Shown here: piece by piece, positions 48,380-61,000 of the stretch
Layout of the letters: every line of letters starts with the position of its first letter
Numbering within the stretch: position 1 is the first letter of the stretch
Source: Chiloscyllium plagiosum
Taxonomy: Eukaryota
Length of the DNA: 64,000 nucleotides
Reading direction: 5' to 3'
Assembly (NCBI RefSeq): GCF_004010195.1
Contig: NC_057749.1
Location: 16,246,524-16,310,523 of the forward strand
Notes under the pieces: model-generated
What the model was told of the DNA's origin: nothing
Seen by the model: the letters and a program-made list of their open reading frames with translations, nothing else
The model's database searches: none
Made by a program: the position numbers and the translations under genes

Positions 48380-50600
48380 GGAAAGGAGGAATTCAAAGAA
48401 ATTAATATTACTAAGGAAACAGTGCTGAGGAAACTAAGATTAAAGAAAGATATTTCCTGAGGGTCTAATAATCTGCATCCTAGTTTACTTAAGTTGTCCT
48501 AGAAATGGTGGCCACCTCCAAACTTACGTTACTACTCTGCTCCAGAGTCTACGGAAGTCCACTATTTAAGAAGGGAGGTAGAGAGAAAACAACAAATTAT
48601 ATACCAGTTAGCTTAACATCAGGATTGGAAAAGGTGCTGGAGTCCATTACAAAAAGATAGAATAGCAGAGCACTTTGAAGAGAGGAATGAAAGAGGACAG
48701 AGTCAGCATGGTTTTAGGAAGGGGCAGTCATATCCGACAACTCTCAGTCAGAGGTCTACAGCACAGAGGCCCTTCAGCCCATTGAGTCAGCACTCAGAAG
48801 CAAGTACCTAACCCATTCTAAACCCATTTTCCAGCATTTGGCCCATAGCTGTGTATGCCTTCACATTGTAAATATACTGGATTTAGGTTTGCTCGCTGAG
48901 CTGGAAGGTTAGTTTTCAGAAGTTTCGTCACCATACTAGGTGACATCTTCAGTAAGCCTCCAAATGAAGCACTGGGGGTATAGCCTGCTTTCTATTTATA
49001 TGTTTGAGTTTCCTTGGGTTTCCTTAAATCTACGTCTCTGCTCATTAATCCTTCCACAGAGGGGAAAAATTCCTTCCAGTCTACCATTGCCTATGCTTCT
49101 CAATTTTTATATATCTCATCTTTTATATCCCCTCCATCTCACCTGCTCCAAGGAAAACCACCCCAGTCCAATCTCTCTTCATAAACTCTCCAGACCAGGC
49201 AACACCTAGTAAATTTCCTCTGTACACTCTGCAGAGTAATCACATCCTTCCTATAATTTGGATTCCAGAACTGCATACAATACTCTAGCTGTGTTCTAAC
49301 CAACTTGGCAAATATCCCATATGATTTCTTAACCACTTCATCCATCTGTGTTACCTAAGGGACAATGGATGTGCACACCAAAGTCTTTTTGATCCTTGGT
49401 GCTTCCCAGGGTTCTACCATTCATCATATATTCCCTTGCATTGATGATGCTGTCCAAATGCATCATCTCTCACTTATCAGAATTGAATTGCAATCACCAC
49501 TGATCAACCCATCAATATCTTCCATGGTTATCCTCCATATAAAGTTGCTACCCCACCAATTTTCATGTTTGCAAACTTACCAATCAACGATCCTACATTC
49601 AAGTCTAAATCATTTATACATATCACAAAACAGCAAAGGCCCCAACACTAATCCCTGTGGAACCCCATTAGACAAACTTCCAGTCACAAAATATCCCTTG
49701 ACCATCACCCTCTGCCTCCTGCCACTCAGCCATTTCTGGATCCAAATAACCAAAGTTTCCTTGGATCCTAACGACATCAAGCTTCGCTATCAATCTCCCA
49801 GGCAGAACATCAGCAAGGCTTTTGATACAAGTCCAAGCAGACTATGTTAAATGCATTGCCCTCACTTGGTCATCTCTTAAAAATTCAAATCAAGTTGTTC
49901 ACACATGATCTCTCCTTAAAATCATGCTGACTGTTCTTAACTAATCCTTGCCTCTGCTAGAATTGTTTTGGAGGATGTAAGTAACCAGTAGAGTGAATAA
50001 GGAGGAGACAATGGATGCAGTTTATTTGAACTGGTAGAAGGCTTTTGATAAGACCTGATAAGAACAGAAGTCTCACACAAGAAAGTAGTATGTAAAATTA
50101 AAGTACATGGGTCTGAAATATATTGAGAAATCAGTTGGCAGACAAGAAGCAAAACGTAAGAATAAACAGCTCTTTGTCTGAGTGGCAGACAGTGACTAGT
50201 GGATATAGGATATCTCCACGTTTGCACAAAGCAGAGCTGAGTGGGACAGTGAGCTGCGAGAATGATGCAGAAGAGCTTCAATGTGACTTGGACAGTTACA
50301 TGGTAGATACAGTATAATGTGGAAAAATGGGAGGTTGCCCACTTAGGTAGTAGCAAAAAAAAAGGCAGAGTTCCATAATGCCACAACAGGACCTGGGGTG
50401 TTCTTTTACCCCAGTCACAGGAAGCAAGCATACAGATGCAGCAAGTGGTAAAGGCAAATAGCATGCTGGTCTTCATAAGGATTAATGTACAGGAGCAGAG
50501 ATATCTGGCTGTATCTGTGTAGTAAGACCACACCTGGAAGATTTTACAGACAGTTTAACAGACTGATTCCTGGGTGAAATGGGATTGTTTAGGACTATAT
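48380..50600. mobile_element. CR1 LINE fragments in both orientations in PRC1 intron 6
   Basis: LVRTQLEYCMQFWNP (49139-49345 -), antisense GPNTNPCGTP, NSSLSEWQTVTSG (50123-50317 +). Confidence 0.85.
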
Positions 50601-51092
50601 GCACTGGGTGTGCGCGCGCAATGAACGAGATTTAAAGGTTAGGAAATATTTTTTAAAAAAGAGAGGATCTTGAAAGGTGTTCAACATCAAACCTATTATA
50701 GAAGAAATGAGAGCTAAGTTTGAATAAAAGAAAAAAAATTCAAATTTGACATATAAAATCTCTCAAAGCTTCAAAATTTAAAGGAACTAGGCATATTTTT
50801 AACAGCTCAGAGGTTGATATGATTATTTCCAATTAAAGCAAGTATTCGTGATAGGTCTAATTCATCTGCTGTGAAGATACCATTAACATGAACATTGTGA
50901 AGTTGCTGCAAGGTTTAAAGCAATATGCCATTTTCACAATGTGGCACAACATAGAAAGCAAGTTTTGAATATTTGCATTCAAACATAGAATTTGTGTTTA
51001 AAGAAATAAAGGCAATGACATCCTATTATCTATGTTCAGCATAATTTCAATATCCAACTATGCACACTCTCACACACAAACATAACACTTAC

Positions 51093-51242
51093 TGCCTGCA
51101 TTGTCTTAGCCCTGGAACCAACCATGTTTGCAGAAAAGGTATCACGTTCTTCTTGCGAAATTTGCAGCCAGTCCCACAGGTTAATTATTTGATTTCTCAG
51201 CTCTGAGCATTTGCTCTCATTCTGACTTCTCTTCACCTCCAA
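51093..51242 (-). CDS. PRC1: PRC1 exon 6 (LEVKRSQNESKCSELRNQIINLWDWLQI...)
   Basis: 150 nt, canonical splice sites. Confidence 0.93.
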
Positions 51243-52110
51243 CTGGAAAAATATACATCACAATTAATTATGGCATACTCCTGTCAGGCACAAGGACACA
51301 ACTGAGATCATTGGTAGGAGAAAGTGAGGTCTGCAGATGCTGGAGGTCAGAATAGAGAGAGTGTGTTGCTGGAAAAGCACAACAGGTCAGACAGCATTAG
51401 AGGAGCAGGAGAATCAATGTTTCGGGGTGGAGCCCTTCATCCACCCCGAAACGTCGATTCTCCGGCTCCTTGGATGCTGCCAGAGATCATTTGTGTTCCA
51501 CCGTAGAAGCTCTTAGATGTAGCAGAGACTTAGATGACAACATTTCCATATTTAATTCCTTATCCATAACATTGCCAACAAGTTAAATGCAAAAATCTGA
51601 ATTTTAAACATTTTTGAGTTGTATTCAGAGGACACTGCTGCTGGTTTGATGCAGAGTGAAGACATTTTGATAATGTGACTAGAATTCAACACAAGAGCAA
51701 TTGAATTGCTTTACTTTTTCATTTAACATACCAGTCATTCTTGCAACTTAAGAAATTGTCAACACAACGTTGAATTAGGGAATGCCTTATTTTGTAACTG
51801 AGTCCAGACAAAGATGGAAAACATCCCAGATTTGCTTACATAAAAGACCTACAGTTAGCAGAAGACAAATCACGGAAGGACCGGATTGAGAACTACATAC
51901 TGACAAGGTAAATGTAATCCACGCACAGGGCACTGACACCTGCTAAGTTTTTTAAGCATTGTTTTCACTGAAGTCATCTGTTACCTGATGAACTTTGGGT
52001 GATCTCAATTTTCTACCGTTCAAAAAGGAATAATTCACTAAAGCACAGATGTCATGAAAGTACAAGTGTGAAAGAACTACATCTACGAACAACCAATTTC
52101 ATTTACTCAC

Positions 52111-52281
52111 TTGTTGAAGAAGTGTTTTCAGACCGATAATATTCTCATTGGACAGACAGAAAGCATCCTCATCCTCACACACAATATCTCTTTCAAAACT
52201 GGTGTCTGGCAGTTGGTCAAGTTCCTCCATACAAAGAATGATATTTCTCTTTGTTTCAACAAACTCAGCTCTTCTACGTTC
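52111..52281 (-). CDS. PRC1: PRC1 exon 5 (ERRRAEFVETKRNIILCMEELDQLPDTSFERDIVCEDEDAFCLS...)
   Basis: 171 nt, phase 0-0; PDTSFERD.VCEDEDAFCLS motif. Confidence 0.95.
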
Positions 52282-53080
52282 CTAAAAACGGAAAGAAAAA
52301 CACATCTATCACTCAACATAACAGTGTTCTGCCTGAACTACATACAAGTTTAACATATATGGTATAGGCAGATAGTAATTTGTAAGCTAGGTTAAATTAT
52401 AATGCAAGTTTTATAAAAGGGAAATGGTGGGTGTGTGCCCCTGGTTTCACACTTACCACGTTCTCTCAATTCCCAGCTTTCCCTCATGGTTCACCTGCTT
52501 CTCCCATTGTCCCTCCCTGCTTGGATACCCAAAGCAACCCCAACTCCACCTGAGCTTCTCAAAATCATTTGCCTGCTGCAACTCCATCAATGCCATTTGA
52601 GCATCCACCTTGCGCTCTTCATCTCTGGCCCACAGGCCTTAATAGAGAAGCCTGAGCTGAAAGGACAAGACCCCAACCCACAGAATAATCACTAATTGCA
52701 CATTTCTCTCCAAGCTACAAACTCTTCTGACTTGGAACGATAATCATTGTCTTCACCCTCACTATGCCAACATCCTGCAGCTCCCTCCATGACAGCACTA
52801 AGTGTACCTGCACCACATGGTCTGCTATGCTCAAAACAGCAGCTCACCACATTCGCAAAGAGAATTAGGAACAAATTTGGGAAAGTAAATCAGTTGAGAG
52901 GTTCAATTGATCTAACATCCATAGCTGTTTGAGAAGGTAGACAGTTCAGATCTCAATGGTGTCACTTCATTTATATTGAAATGAATAGGATACTTCAAAA
53001 GCCTTTAGTAAATTGCCTGAAAAACAATTTTTAATTTTATATAGGAGATAGCTGCATCAAGATCTTAAATTTCTCTTCAC

Positions 53081-53314
53081 CTTCTCTACATTAAGTGAAG
53101 CAATATGCTCTTGAAATGCATCAAGTTGCTCAAGACTAGGGACAGCGTCAGCATCAATGGGGTAGGCTGTTGCACAGAGAATGTCACAAAGTTCCTCATC
53201 TTGATCTTTAAGGCTCTTTAATTTCAGCATCCTTTCTTTCTTCTGCTTCAGAAGAACCTCCAATCGTGTCCGCAGATCTTTCTCCAATTGCAGCATTGTG
53301 CAATCTTCTTCTGG
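53081..53314 (-). CDS. PRC1: PRC1 exon 4 (PEEDCTMLQLEKDLRTRLE...NVEK)
   Basis: 234 nt within ORF 53057-53329; LQLEKDLRT and VPSLEQL motifs. Confidence 0.95.
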
Positions 53315-53425
53315 CTGTGACATATACAAAGTTTAAACTATTAATTAGCGAAGAGTGGAAAATAAGCTATCTTTCTATCCTTTTTCCTTGTCCAAAGAAG
53401 TGGTTTGTAGTAAAATTTATCCTAC

Positions 53426-53548
53426 CAAGTAAACAGCCAAATTGAGTTCCTGGCACACAGCGTGGAGTTCCTTCTGGCACATATCGATACTCTTTTTCAG
53501 CCTCTGCCTCAGGTTTTCTTCCTCTGCAATCATCATATCCAATAAGCC
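53426..53548 (-). CDS. PRC1: PRC1 exon 3 (GLLDMMIAEEENLRQRLKKSI...)
   Basis: 123 nt, phase 0-0, canonical splice sites. Confidence 0.93.
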
Positions 53549-54092
53549 CTATATGAAAATGGAAAAATGAGTACAAGTCACGTGCTGCAATTTGTACTTG
53601 AGGTGAAATTGATTGCGGACAATGAGGGTTCAATTCGTTTTGACAAAACTGTTTTATTAAAAGATGCATCTAACAGATTAAAGAATACATGCAGGTTGAT
53701 CAGTTCACTATGGACAGCAAGTAAGATCAGCAAAGGATAAATCAGTCTTGAAGCCCAGAACCCAACAACAAATATTTACTAACACTCAATAATCTGAGTA
53801 TTTACATGCTGTTGTAAAATAAAGCAGCTTAAGAAATCGGTGTAATTTTTATCTGGTCCATTTCTAACTTTTCATCAGCAATTGGAAAGGAGCCAAAACA
53901 AATTAGCTACAATCACAGAAGGACCATTCTGTGATAGTGTAACTCACTGCTGGAAGGTAAATGGATACTGAAATTAGAATGCAACAAAGGCAGATTAAAA
54001 ATTTGCAACAATTCGTTGGGATTGAACAGTTAAAGGATGCATCTTATGTTTTAGTAAAGCTAAAATTAATTCTGATAATTTTTTGCTCTTGC

Positions 54093-54225
54093 CTTGATAT
54101 GCTTTTTAACAACTTCAGTTCTTTGTAATCGTTGATCTTCTGGAATCCCTATCTCTTCCCAGATATTCCGTAGATGGGCAAGTGCTCCATTAAGACATGT
54201 CACTGACTCTGTGGCCAGAGCATCA
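54093..54225 (-). CDS. PRC1: PRC1 exon 2 (DALATESVTCLNGALAHLRNIWEEIGIPEDQRLQRTEVVKKHIK)
   Basis: Near-identical to the recalled human PRC1 N-terminus; ctgcag acceptor; non-canonical AAG|gcaaga donor. Confidence 0.93.
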
Positions 54226-54727
54226 CTGCAGAACAGCAAAATACCAGTGTGACTTGTACAATAAACTTGACTTACATCTCAAATCAATACAGAAAATCTA
54301 ATAAAACAGCATCATCAGAAAAGCACACACAAAGTCTTATAACAAATGAAAAACAGTGCTCATTATATTTCAGTGCAGGACTTAAGGTCAGAAAAGCAAA
54401 CACGTTGCTGCCTACAACTCAGGCTCTGCTTGGCATTGTTTTATCGACACTATTGCTTTCGAAAGAAACGTCAAGTTCAGAGAGAGGAATCTCACTGGCT
54501 GGAACATTTAGCCAAACAAAACATGGCTGGAATAGTGCAAAAGAGCTAAAACTACTAAATATACAACCATGACCGTGAGTTTAATTACAATGATGGATTA
54601 CAATAAAAAAGCAAACACCATATTTTGCTGATTTTTAATATAAAGATTGGCCACCCAAATTTGGGGAAGATTACTTGGCTCATGATGTCTGCTCCACCAT
54701 TCAATTCCCCTCATTCTTCCTTATTGG

Positions 54728-55045
54728 GGTGGCACGGTGGCTCAATGGTTAGCACTGCTGCCTCACAACACCAGCAACCCAGATTCAATTCCAGCCTCGG
54801 GTGACTGTCTGTATGGATTTTGCACATTCTCACAATGTCTGCATGGAGTTCCTCCAGATGCTCTGGTTTCCTCCCACAATCCAAAGATGTGCAGATTAGG
54901 TGAAGTGGCCATGCAAAAAACACCCATAGTGTTCAGGGATGTGGAGGTTAGGTGCATTAGTGAGGGGCAAATATAGAATGGAGAGGTGGGGGAATGGGTC
55001 TGGACTTACTGAGCTGAAGGGCCTGTTTCTATACTGTAGGGATCC
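54728..55045 (+). mobile_element. HE1-type SINE
   Basis: GGCACGGTGGCTCAATGGTTAGCACTGCTGCCTCAC head, GAAGGGCCTGTTTCTATACTGTAGGGA tail. Confidence 0.85.
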
Positions 55046-56607
55046 TAAAACTCCTAAAAGGGTCAGCACAACATCGAGGGTCCAAGGGCCTGTACTGCGC
55101 TGTAATGTTCTATGACAACCCCCCTCCTATCCATGCATTCCTCCCTCTACCTCACCGCAAGTCACCAGCCCCCCCCCCGCATACACTCTATCATCATTTT
55201 CCTCCTCCATGCCCTCAGTACCAGTCTCTCCCTCCCACTCCACACAGGTGCCTATATTCCATGCCCTCACCCTCTCTCTCCTCAGCCCATCACTATCCTG
55301 CCTCTTTCCATCAACCCATCCCTCCCGCATTCCCTTCTTTCCTCCCACCCCTCCTTTTTTTTAAAGCATGTGCAGTTCTTGAGACTAAATTTATGACAGG
55401 TCAAATAGCTTCCGTTAGATCTTCTCTTTGGTGTAGACTTCATTTTTTGTGAATTTTTGGTTCTTAGAAGCAGAATTTTAAAAATTGCTGATTACTACAT
55501 AAAATGTTCTAGAGAATATGGTACATGTTAAAGAAGAAACATGGAAATGTAAACAATTTACTATTGATAAATAAAATTTTAAATTGCAAGAATGACATGC
55601 AAAGCAATGCAAAATGTTAAATCTAAAGACAGTTAAAATGAGTAAACACCTTCTTTGCTGTCGAATTTGAAACATTTCAATACCAATAGCTGCATGCGGT
55701 TACATAAAACACCAAGCTTACTTTACAGTTCCCTAGAACTTGAGGAGAAAGTGAGGTCTGCAGATTCTCCTGTTCCCTGGATGCTGCCTGACCTGCTGCG
55801 CTTTTCCAGCAACACATTTCCAGTTCCCTAGAACTTGTCCAATTAACATTACAGGGTGATATTGGACAGTTGCTGCTCATGCTAAACCACAGGTGCCATC
55901 CAGTTCGTGAATATAAAAATAATGTTAAAAATCACACACCACCACACATAGTCCAACAGGTTTATTTCGAAGTACTAGCTTTTGGAGTGCTGTTCATTAA
56001 TCAGGTAGCTGAAGGAGCAGCATTCCAAAGCTAGTACAGCTACTTCCAAAAAAACCTGTTGGACTATAACCTGGTGTTGTGAGATTTTTAACTTTGTCCA
56101 TTCCAGTCCAACACCTCCACATCATAAAAATAATGAGAGTCACTTGAAGCACTTTGGCAATGACGATAACTTTGTAACTGCCATATCCAAATACAAGGCA
56201 AGTCTCTGGTGTTCAATGCCAGACACTGTTGTTTCCTGTAACTTAAATTTTTATAAAGCCAGGACTCTACTTGCTGACATCAAGGTCACAGTCTGCTGAA
56301 ATAATCCCATTTGCAATCCAACAGTGTAAGACTCCATTTCAAACAGTACGAAAAAAAAACCAAGACCCAGTTTTACTCCAAGTTCAACTTTACATCTGAA
56401 ATCTTAAGGTACAGCATTCAACTTAGCTTTGAGAGAACATGCTGTTAAAACAAAATGTAAATGCTGCTGCAGTAAAAGCAGTAGCGAGCAGAACAATTAA
56501 TACCAAAAAAAAAGGGGGGGTGGAATTGGTGGAGATTGGGAGCACGTTAGGTGAAGATGGGGTATTTGTGGGGGATTAGAGGTATCGGGGGGGGATTAGA
56601 TTCTTAC

Positions 56608-56621
56608 CTTTTTCTCACCAT
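56608..56621 (-). CDS. PRC1: PRC1 coding exon 1 (MVRKS)
   Basis: gcgggATGG Kozak-like context in a CpG-rich region, AG|gtaag donor; phase 2 fits exon 2. Confidence 0.85.
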
Positions 56622-56960
56622 CCCGCGGCTCTGCCGGGTCCGCTCCCCCACGGGAGGTCAGTTTAACGGGAAATCACGGTGTCCTCCTCCCAGGCTCTCA
56701 CCCTCTGGATGTCCCAGTGTCTCTCCCCTTAGGTGTGTCGGTGTCTCTGGGCTTCTCTCTCCCTACCCTCCGGTGTCTCTGGCTCTCCAACTGCTCGCTT
56801 CTAGACCGTTGCGGCCGTTATTCTCGTTCGATTCAAATTTTCCAACCGCCAGCCCACTGGAAGCTCCCATTGGCTATAACAGGTTACGTCATGAGGCGCA
56901 CACGAGTGGGCGCATGCGCGGTCCCTCCTTCGGGGGACGGGAGTTTAGTCAGCCCCTTTC
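56622..56960 (-). promoter_or_regulatory. PRC1 CpG-rich promoter/5' UTR with CHR, CCAAT, MYB, CRE and NRF1 sites
   Basis: Minus-strand TTTGAA (CHR) 56832-56837; CCAAT 56869-56873; YAACGG MYB sites 56664-56669, 56806-56811, 56815-56820; TTACGTCAT 56884-56892; GCGCATGCGC 56910-56919. Confidence 0.8.
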
Positions 56961-56964
56961 GACG

Positions 56965-57750
56965 CTGGGATGTCCAGCACTCGGGTCTCCCAATGACCGT
57001 CCTCCAAGGTGGACTTTGGGATACGCAACAACGCAGAATGGCTGATAGCCAAATTCGGAACTCATGAGGATGGCCTCACCAGAACCTTGGGTTCGTGTCA
57101 CACTACAGGTGACCCCACTACATTATATACACACTCACGCAGACCCTTTCTCATCCTCTCACAAGCTTATACTCCATTATAGTCACACTTTATCAAATAT
57201 TCACACACGCAAACACATTGTCATGCACATATACGCACACCTAACTCTTTGGGGTGAATTTACATTTGCAGAAATATTCTATTTTGCTCAAAAAGCAGGC
57301 AGTCAATCCAGTAATATTTTATAAATTCCGAAATTTATAAATTCCAACTTGAGTCTGACTCAAGATTGGGATAGAGACAGACTTTAACCTCACATCTTTA
57401 ATGCATTGTCTGAGCTGAGATGTCAACCTTTTTTTTTTATAAAACCTTAAGTTATCTTGAGAATGTGACTTGAAAGAAATTGTGGGATTTACATATTAAT
57501 GAATCGAAACATGCAACCCATTCTAAAAGATGAAAGACTTAACAGCAATCAAGGTGTGTTCAAAATATAATTTCAGTTGCATGACACTGTAAACTTTTGC
57601 TATAAATTCTGTGTCTTATGATCCTGTTCCACAGCTACTTGATAAAGGAGCAGCGGTGAAAAAGCTAGTGCTTCTAGATAACCTGTTGGACTATATCCTG
57701 GGGTGATTTTTAACTTTGTTCACCCCAGTCCAACACTGGCTCCTCCACAT
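56965..57750 (+). mobile_element. Penelope-like element 3' fragment (GIY-YIG C-terminus remnant plus terminal repeat)
   Basis: Translates TVLQGGLWDTQQRRMA / KFGTHEDGL; followed by CA-rich segment and AAAGCTAGTGCTTC...CCTGTTGGACTATA terminal repeat shared with 9165-9360 and 55924-56123. Confidence 0.65.
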
Positions 57751-58099
57751 CATCTCCAGCATTGGCTGTTTTCTGTACAAATTCCAGCGTCTGCAGTAAT
57801 TAGCTCCCTCATCAATGATCTTACCTGTCTTGAATCAGAAATGCACGTGACAGAGTTGATTTCTATTTATATTTAAGTGAGAAACAAAGAAGTTAGAATT
57901 ATGAATAGGTCACTCAGCCGATCAAATCTACTATGCCATTCAACATGATCATGATTGATCTTTTATGTCAACACCATATTCCTCCCTCCAGCCCCCTTTG
58001 GTCTGCACAATGTTATTTTGTTAACATATTCAGTAACTCAGTCTGCCCAGCCTTCTGTGCTGCAGAGTTTCACAGGTTCACCACCTCAAGTTAAGAGAT

Positions 58100-61000
58100 T
58101 TTCCTCATATCAGTTCAAAATTGTCTCCCCCATATCTTGAGGCCATGACCCTTATTATAGACACGCCAGGCATCAGGAAAGAAACTTCCTGTATCTAATC
58201 TGTTTGGCCCAGAGAGGATTTTAAAGTTTCAATGAGATCCCCTTTCATTCTTACAAACTTCAGTAAATGCAGATTCAGCCAACCCAATCTGTCCTCTCAT
58301 GACAAACCTGTTATTCCACAGATCAGTTGAGTGAACCTTTTCTGAACTCTTTGTACGGCAAGCGTATGTTTTTTTAGATAAGCAAACCAAACCTGCACAC
58401 AATACTCCATGTGTGGTGTTACCAAGGCCATGTACAGGTGCAGCTGGGAAGAGTCAGACTTTATGTTCAAGGTACTGTCTAATTTTAGTAAGAAATGAGG
58501 ACCATCAGAAAATAGGAGTAGGCCATTCAATTCCTCCCATTTATGGTTGATCTACCGCAGTACCATTTTAACACATTATTCTCTTAACCCTTGATATCTT
58601 TCTTTAGAGCAGTGAAGATTGAGGGGGGAGGTGTATAAAACTTTGAGGGTATTAACTGGGTGAATAGACAGTAGCTGTACCCCTTGGTTGAGGGATCAAT
58701 CATGAGAGGGCACAGTTTTAGGGTAAGGGGCAGGAGATTCAGAGGGAATTTAGGAAAAAAAAGTTATTTTTCAGCGAGTGGTGGGAATCCGAAATGCACT
58801 GGCTGGGAAGGTAGAGGCCGGAAACCTTATAACCTTCAAATATAATAACATTCAAGAATATTGGACAAGTGAAAAAAATTCGAATTAGCACACCTTTTGT
58901 AGTAGATATGTCAGTGCAGACTCGATGGGCCAAAGGGCCTTTTCTGCACTGTATGAATCTGTAAGTGAATCTCTTGAAGGGTTTAAAAGGTGTAAGAGCC
59001 TTCTTAAGAGGGAAATCAGGAGGGCAAAAAGGGGATATGAGAGCTTTGCCAAATAAGGTTAAGGTTAATCCAAAGCAATTGTACATGTACATTAAGAGTA
59101 AAAGAATAACTAGGGAGAGAATAGGACCCCTTAAAGGTTAATGAGGTCATCCATGTTGGAACACAGGAGATGGGAGAGATACTAAACAAATATTTCGCGT
59201 CAGCATTTACAATGGAGAAAGAATTGGAGTCTAAAGAATTTGAGGAAATAATGTCTTGAAAACAGTCCACACTACAGAAGAAGAAGGGCTGGAGGTCTTA
59301 AAAAATATTAAGGTGGATAAATCTCCAGGACCTAGTCAAGTGTATCCCAGAATTTTGTGGGATGTTAGGAAAGAAATTGCGGGGTCCCGAGCAGAGATAT
59401 TTGTATCATCTGCAGCCATGGGTAGGTGCAAGAGGATTGGAGGGTGGCTAATAGAGTCATAGAAATGTACAGCACAGAAACAGACCCTTTGTCCAACTCG
59501 TCCATGCCAACCAGATATCCTAACCTAACCCAGTCCCATTTTCTAGCACTTGGCGCATATCCCTCTAAACCCTTCCTATTCATATACCCATCCAGATTCT
59601 TGATTTGCTTTTCCAAAATGCAGCATCTCACAATTATCTAAATTAAACTCCATCTGCTGCCACTCAGCCAATCTGACCAAGATCCCGTTGTACTCTGAGT
59701 TAATCTCCTTCACTGTCCACTACACTTCCAATTTTGGTGTCATCAATTTATCTCATGTCCCTTTTTTGCTCTCCTGATTTCCCTCAAGTATACTGTACAG
59801 CCTTTACACTCTTAAGGATTCACTTGATCTCTGCTGTCTGTAGTTGACAAATGCTTCCTCTTTTTTGCCTTGGCCAAATTCTTATTTCTCTAGTTATCCA
59901 GCATTCCCTACACCTACCAGCCTTGCCTTTCACCCTAACAGGGAGAAAGTGAGTACAGATGCTGTGAATCAGAGTTGAAGACTGGTGCTGAGAAAACACA
60001 GCTGGTCAGGCAGCATCTGAGAAGCAGGAGAATCAACTTTTTGGGCATAAGTCCTTCATCAGAAAGGGCTTATGTCCGAAACGCCGATTCTCCTGCTGCT
60101 CAGATACTGCCTGACCAGCTATGCTTTTCCAGCACTTTCACCCTAACAGGGACATACTGTCTCTGGACTCTCATTATCTCATTTTTAAAGATTTCCCATT
60201 TTCCAGCTGTTCCGTCACATGCGAACATCCATTCCCAATCAACTTTTGAAAGTTCTTGCCTAAGACTGTCAAAGTTAGCCTTCTATCAATTTAGAACTTT
60301 AACTTTTAGATCCAGTCTATCCTTTACCATCACTATTTTAAAACTAATAGAATTATTGTCGCTGGCCCCAAGATGTTACCCACTGACACCTCAGTCACCT
60401 ACTGTGCCTTATTTCCCAATGGTAGGTCAGGTTTTGCAGCTTCTGTAGCAGCTATATCTACATATTGAATCAGAAAAAATTATTGTACACACTTAACAAA
60501 TTCCTTTCCATCAAAGCAGTCCCAGTCTACATTTGGAAAGTTAAAACCCCCTACCATAACCACTCTATTATTCTTACAGATTTGTTTCTCAATTTCCCCT
60601 GATTATTTGGGGGTCTATAGTATAATCCCAATAAGGTGATCATCCCTTTCTTATTTCTCAGTTCCACCGAAATAACTTCCCTGGACGTGTTCCCAGGAAT
60701 ATCCTCCAAGTAAAGACGTAATGTTATCCCTAATCAAAAATGCCACTCCTGCTTCTCTCTTGCCCCTTTCCAACTTTTCTATAGTGTCCATACCCCTGGA
60801 AAATTAAGCTGCCAGTCATGTCCATCTCTGAGCCACATCTGTGTAATTGCTATGATATCCCAGTCCCATGCCCTGACTTCATTTGCCTTACCTCTTAGGC
60901 CTCTTGCATTGAAATAAATGCAGTTTAATTTATCAGACCTACCTTGTTCTCTGCTTGTTCCTGTCTATCCTGACCGTTTGACTTACTCCTTTTCCCAACT

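Noticed and set aside
56551-57067. Plus-strand 164-aa and 116-aa ORFs suggesting a divergent gene at the PRC1 promoter
   Set aside because: Explained by GC-rich promoter sequence and a Penelope remnant; no downstream plus-strand exons found.
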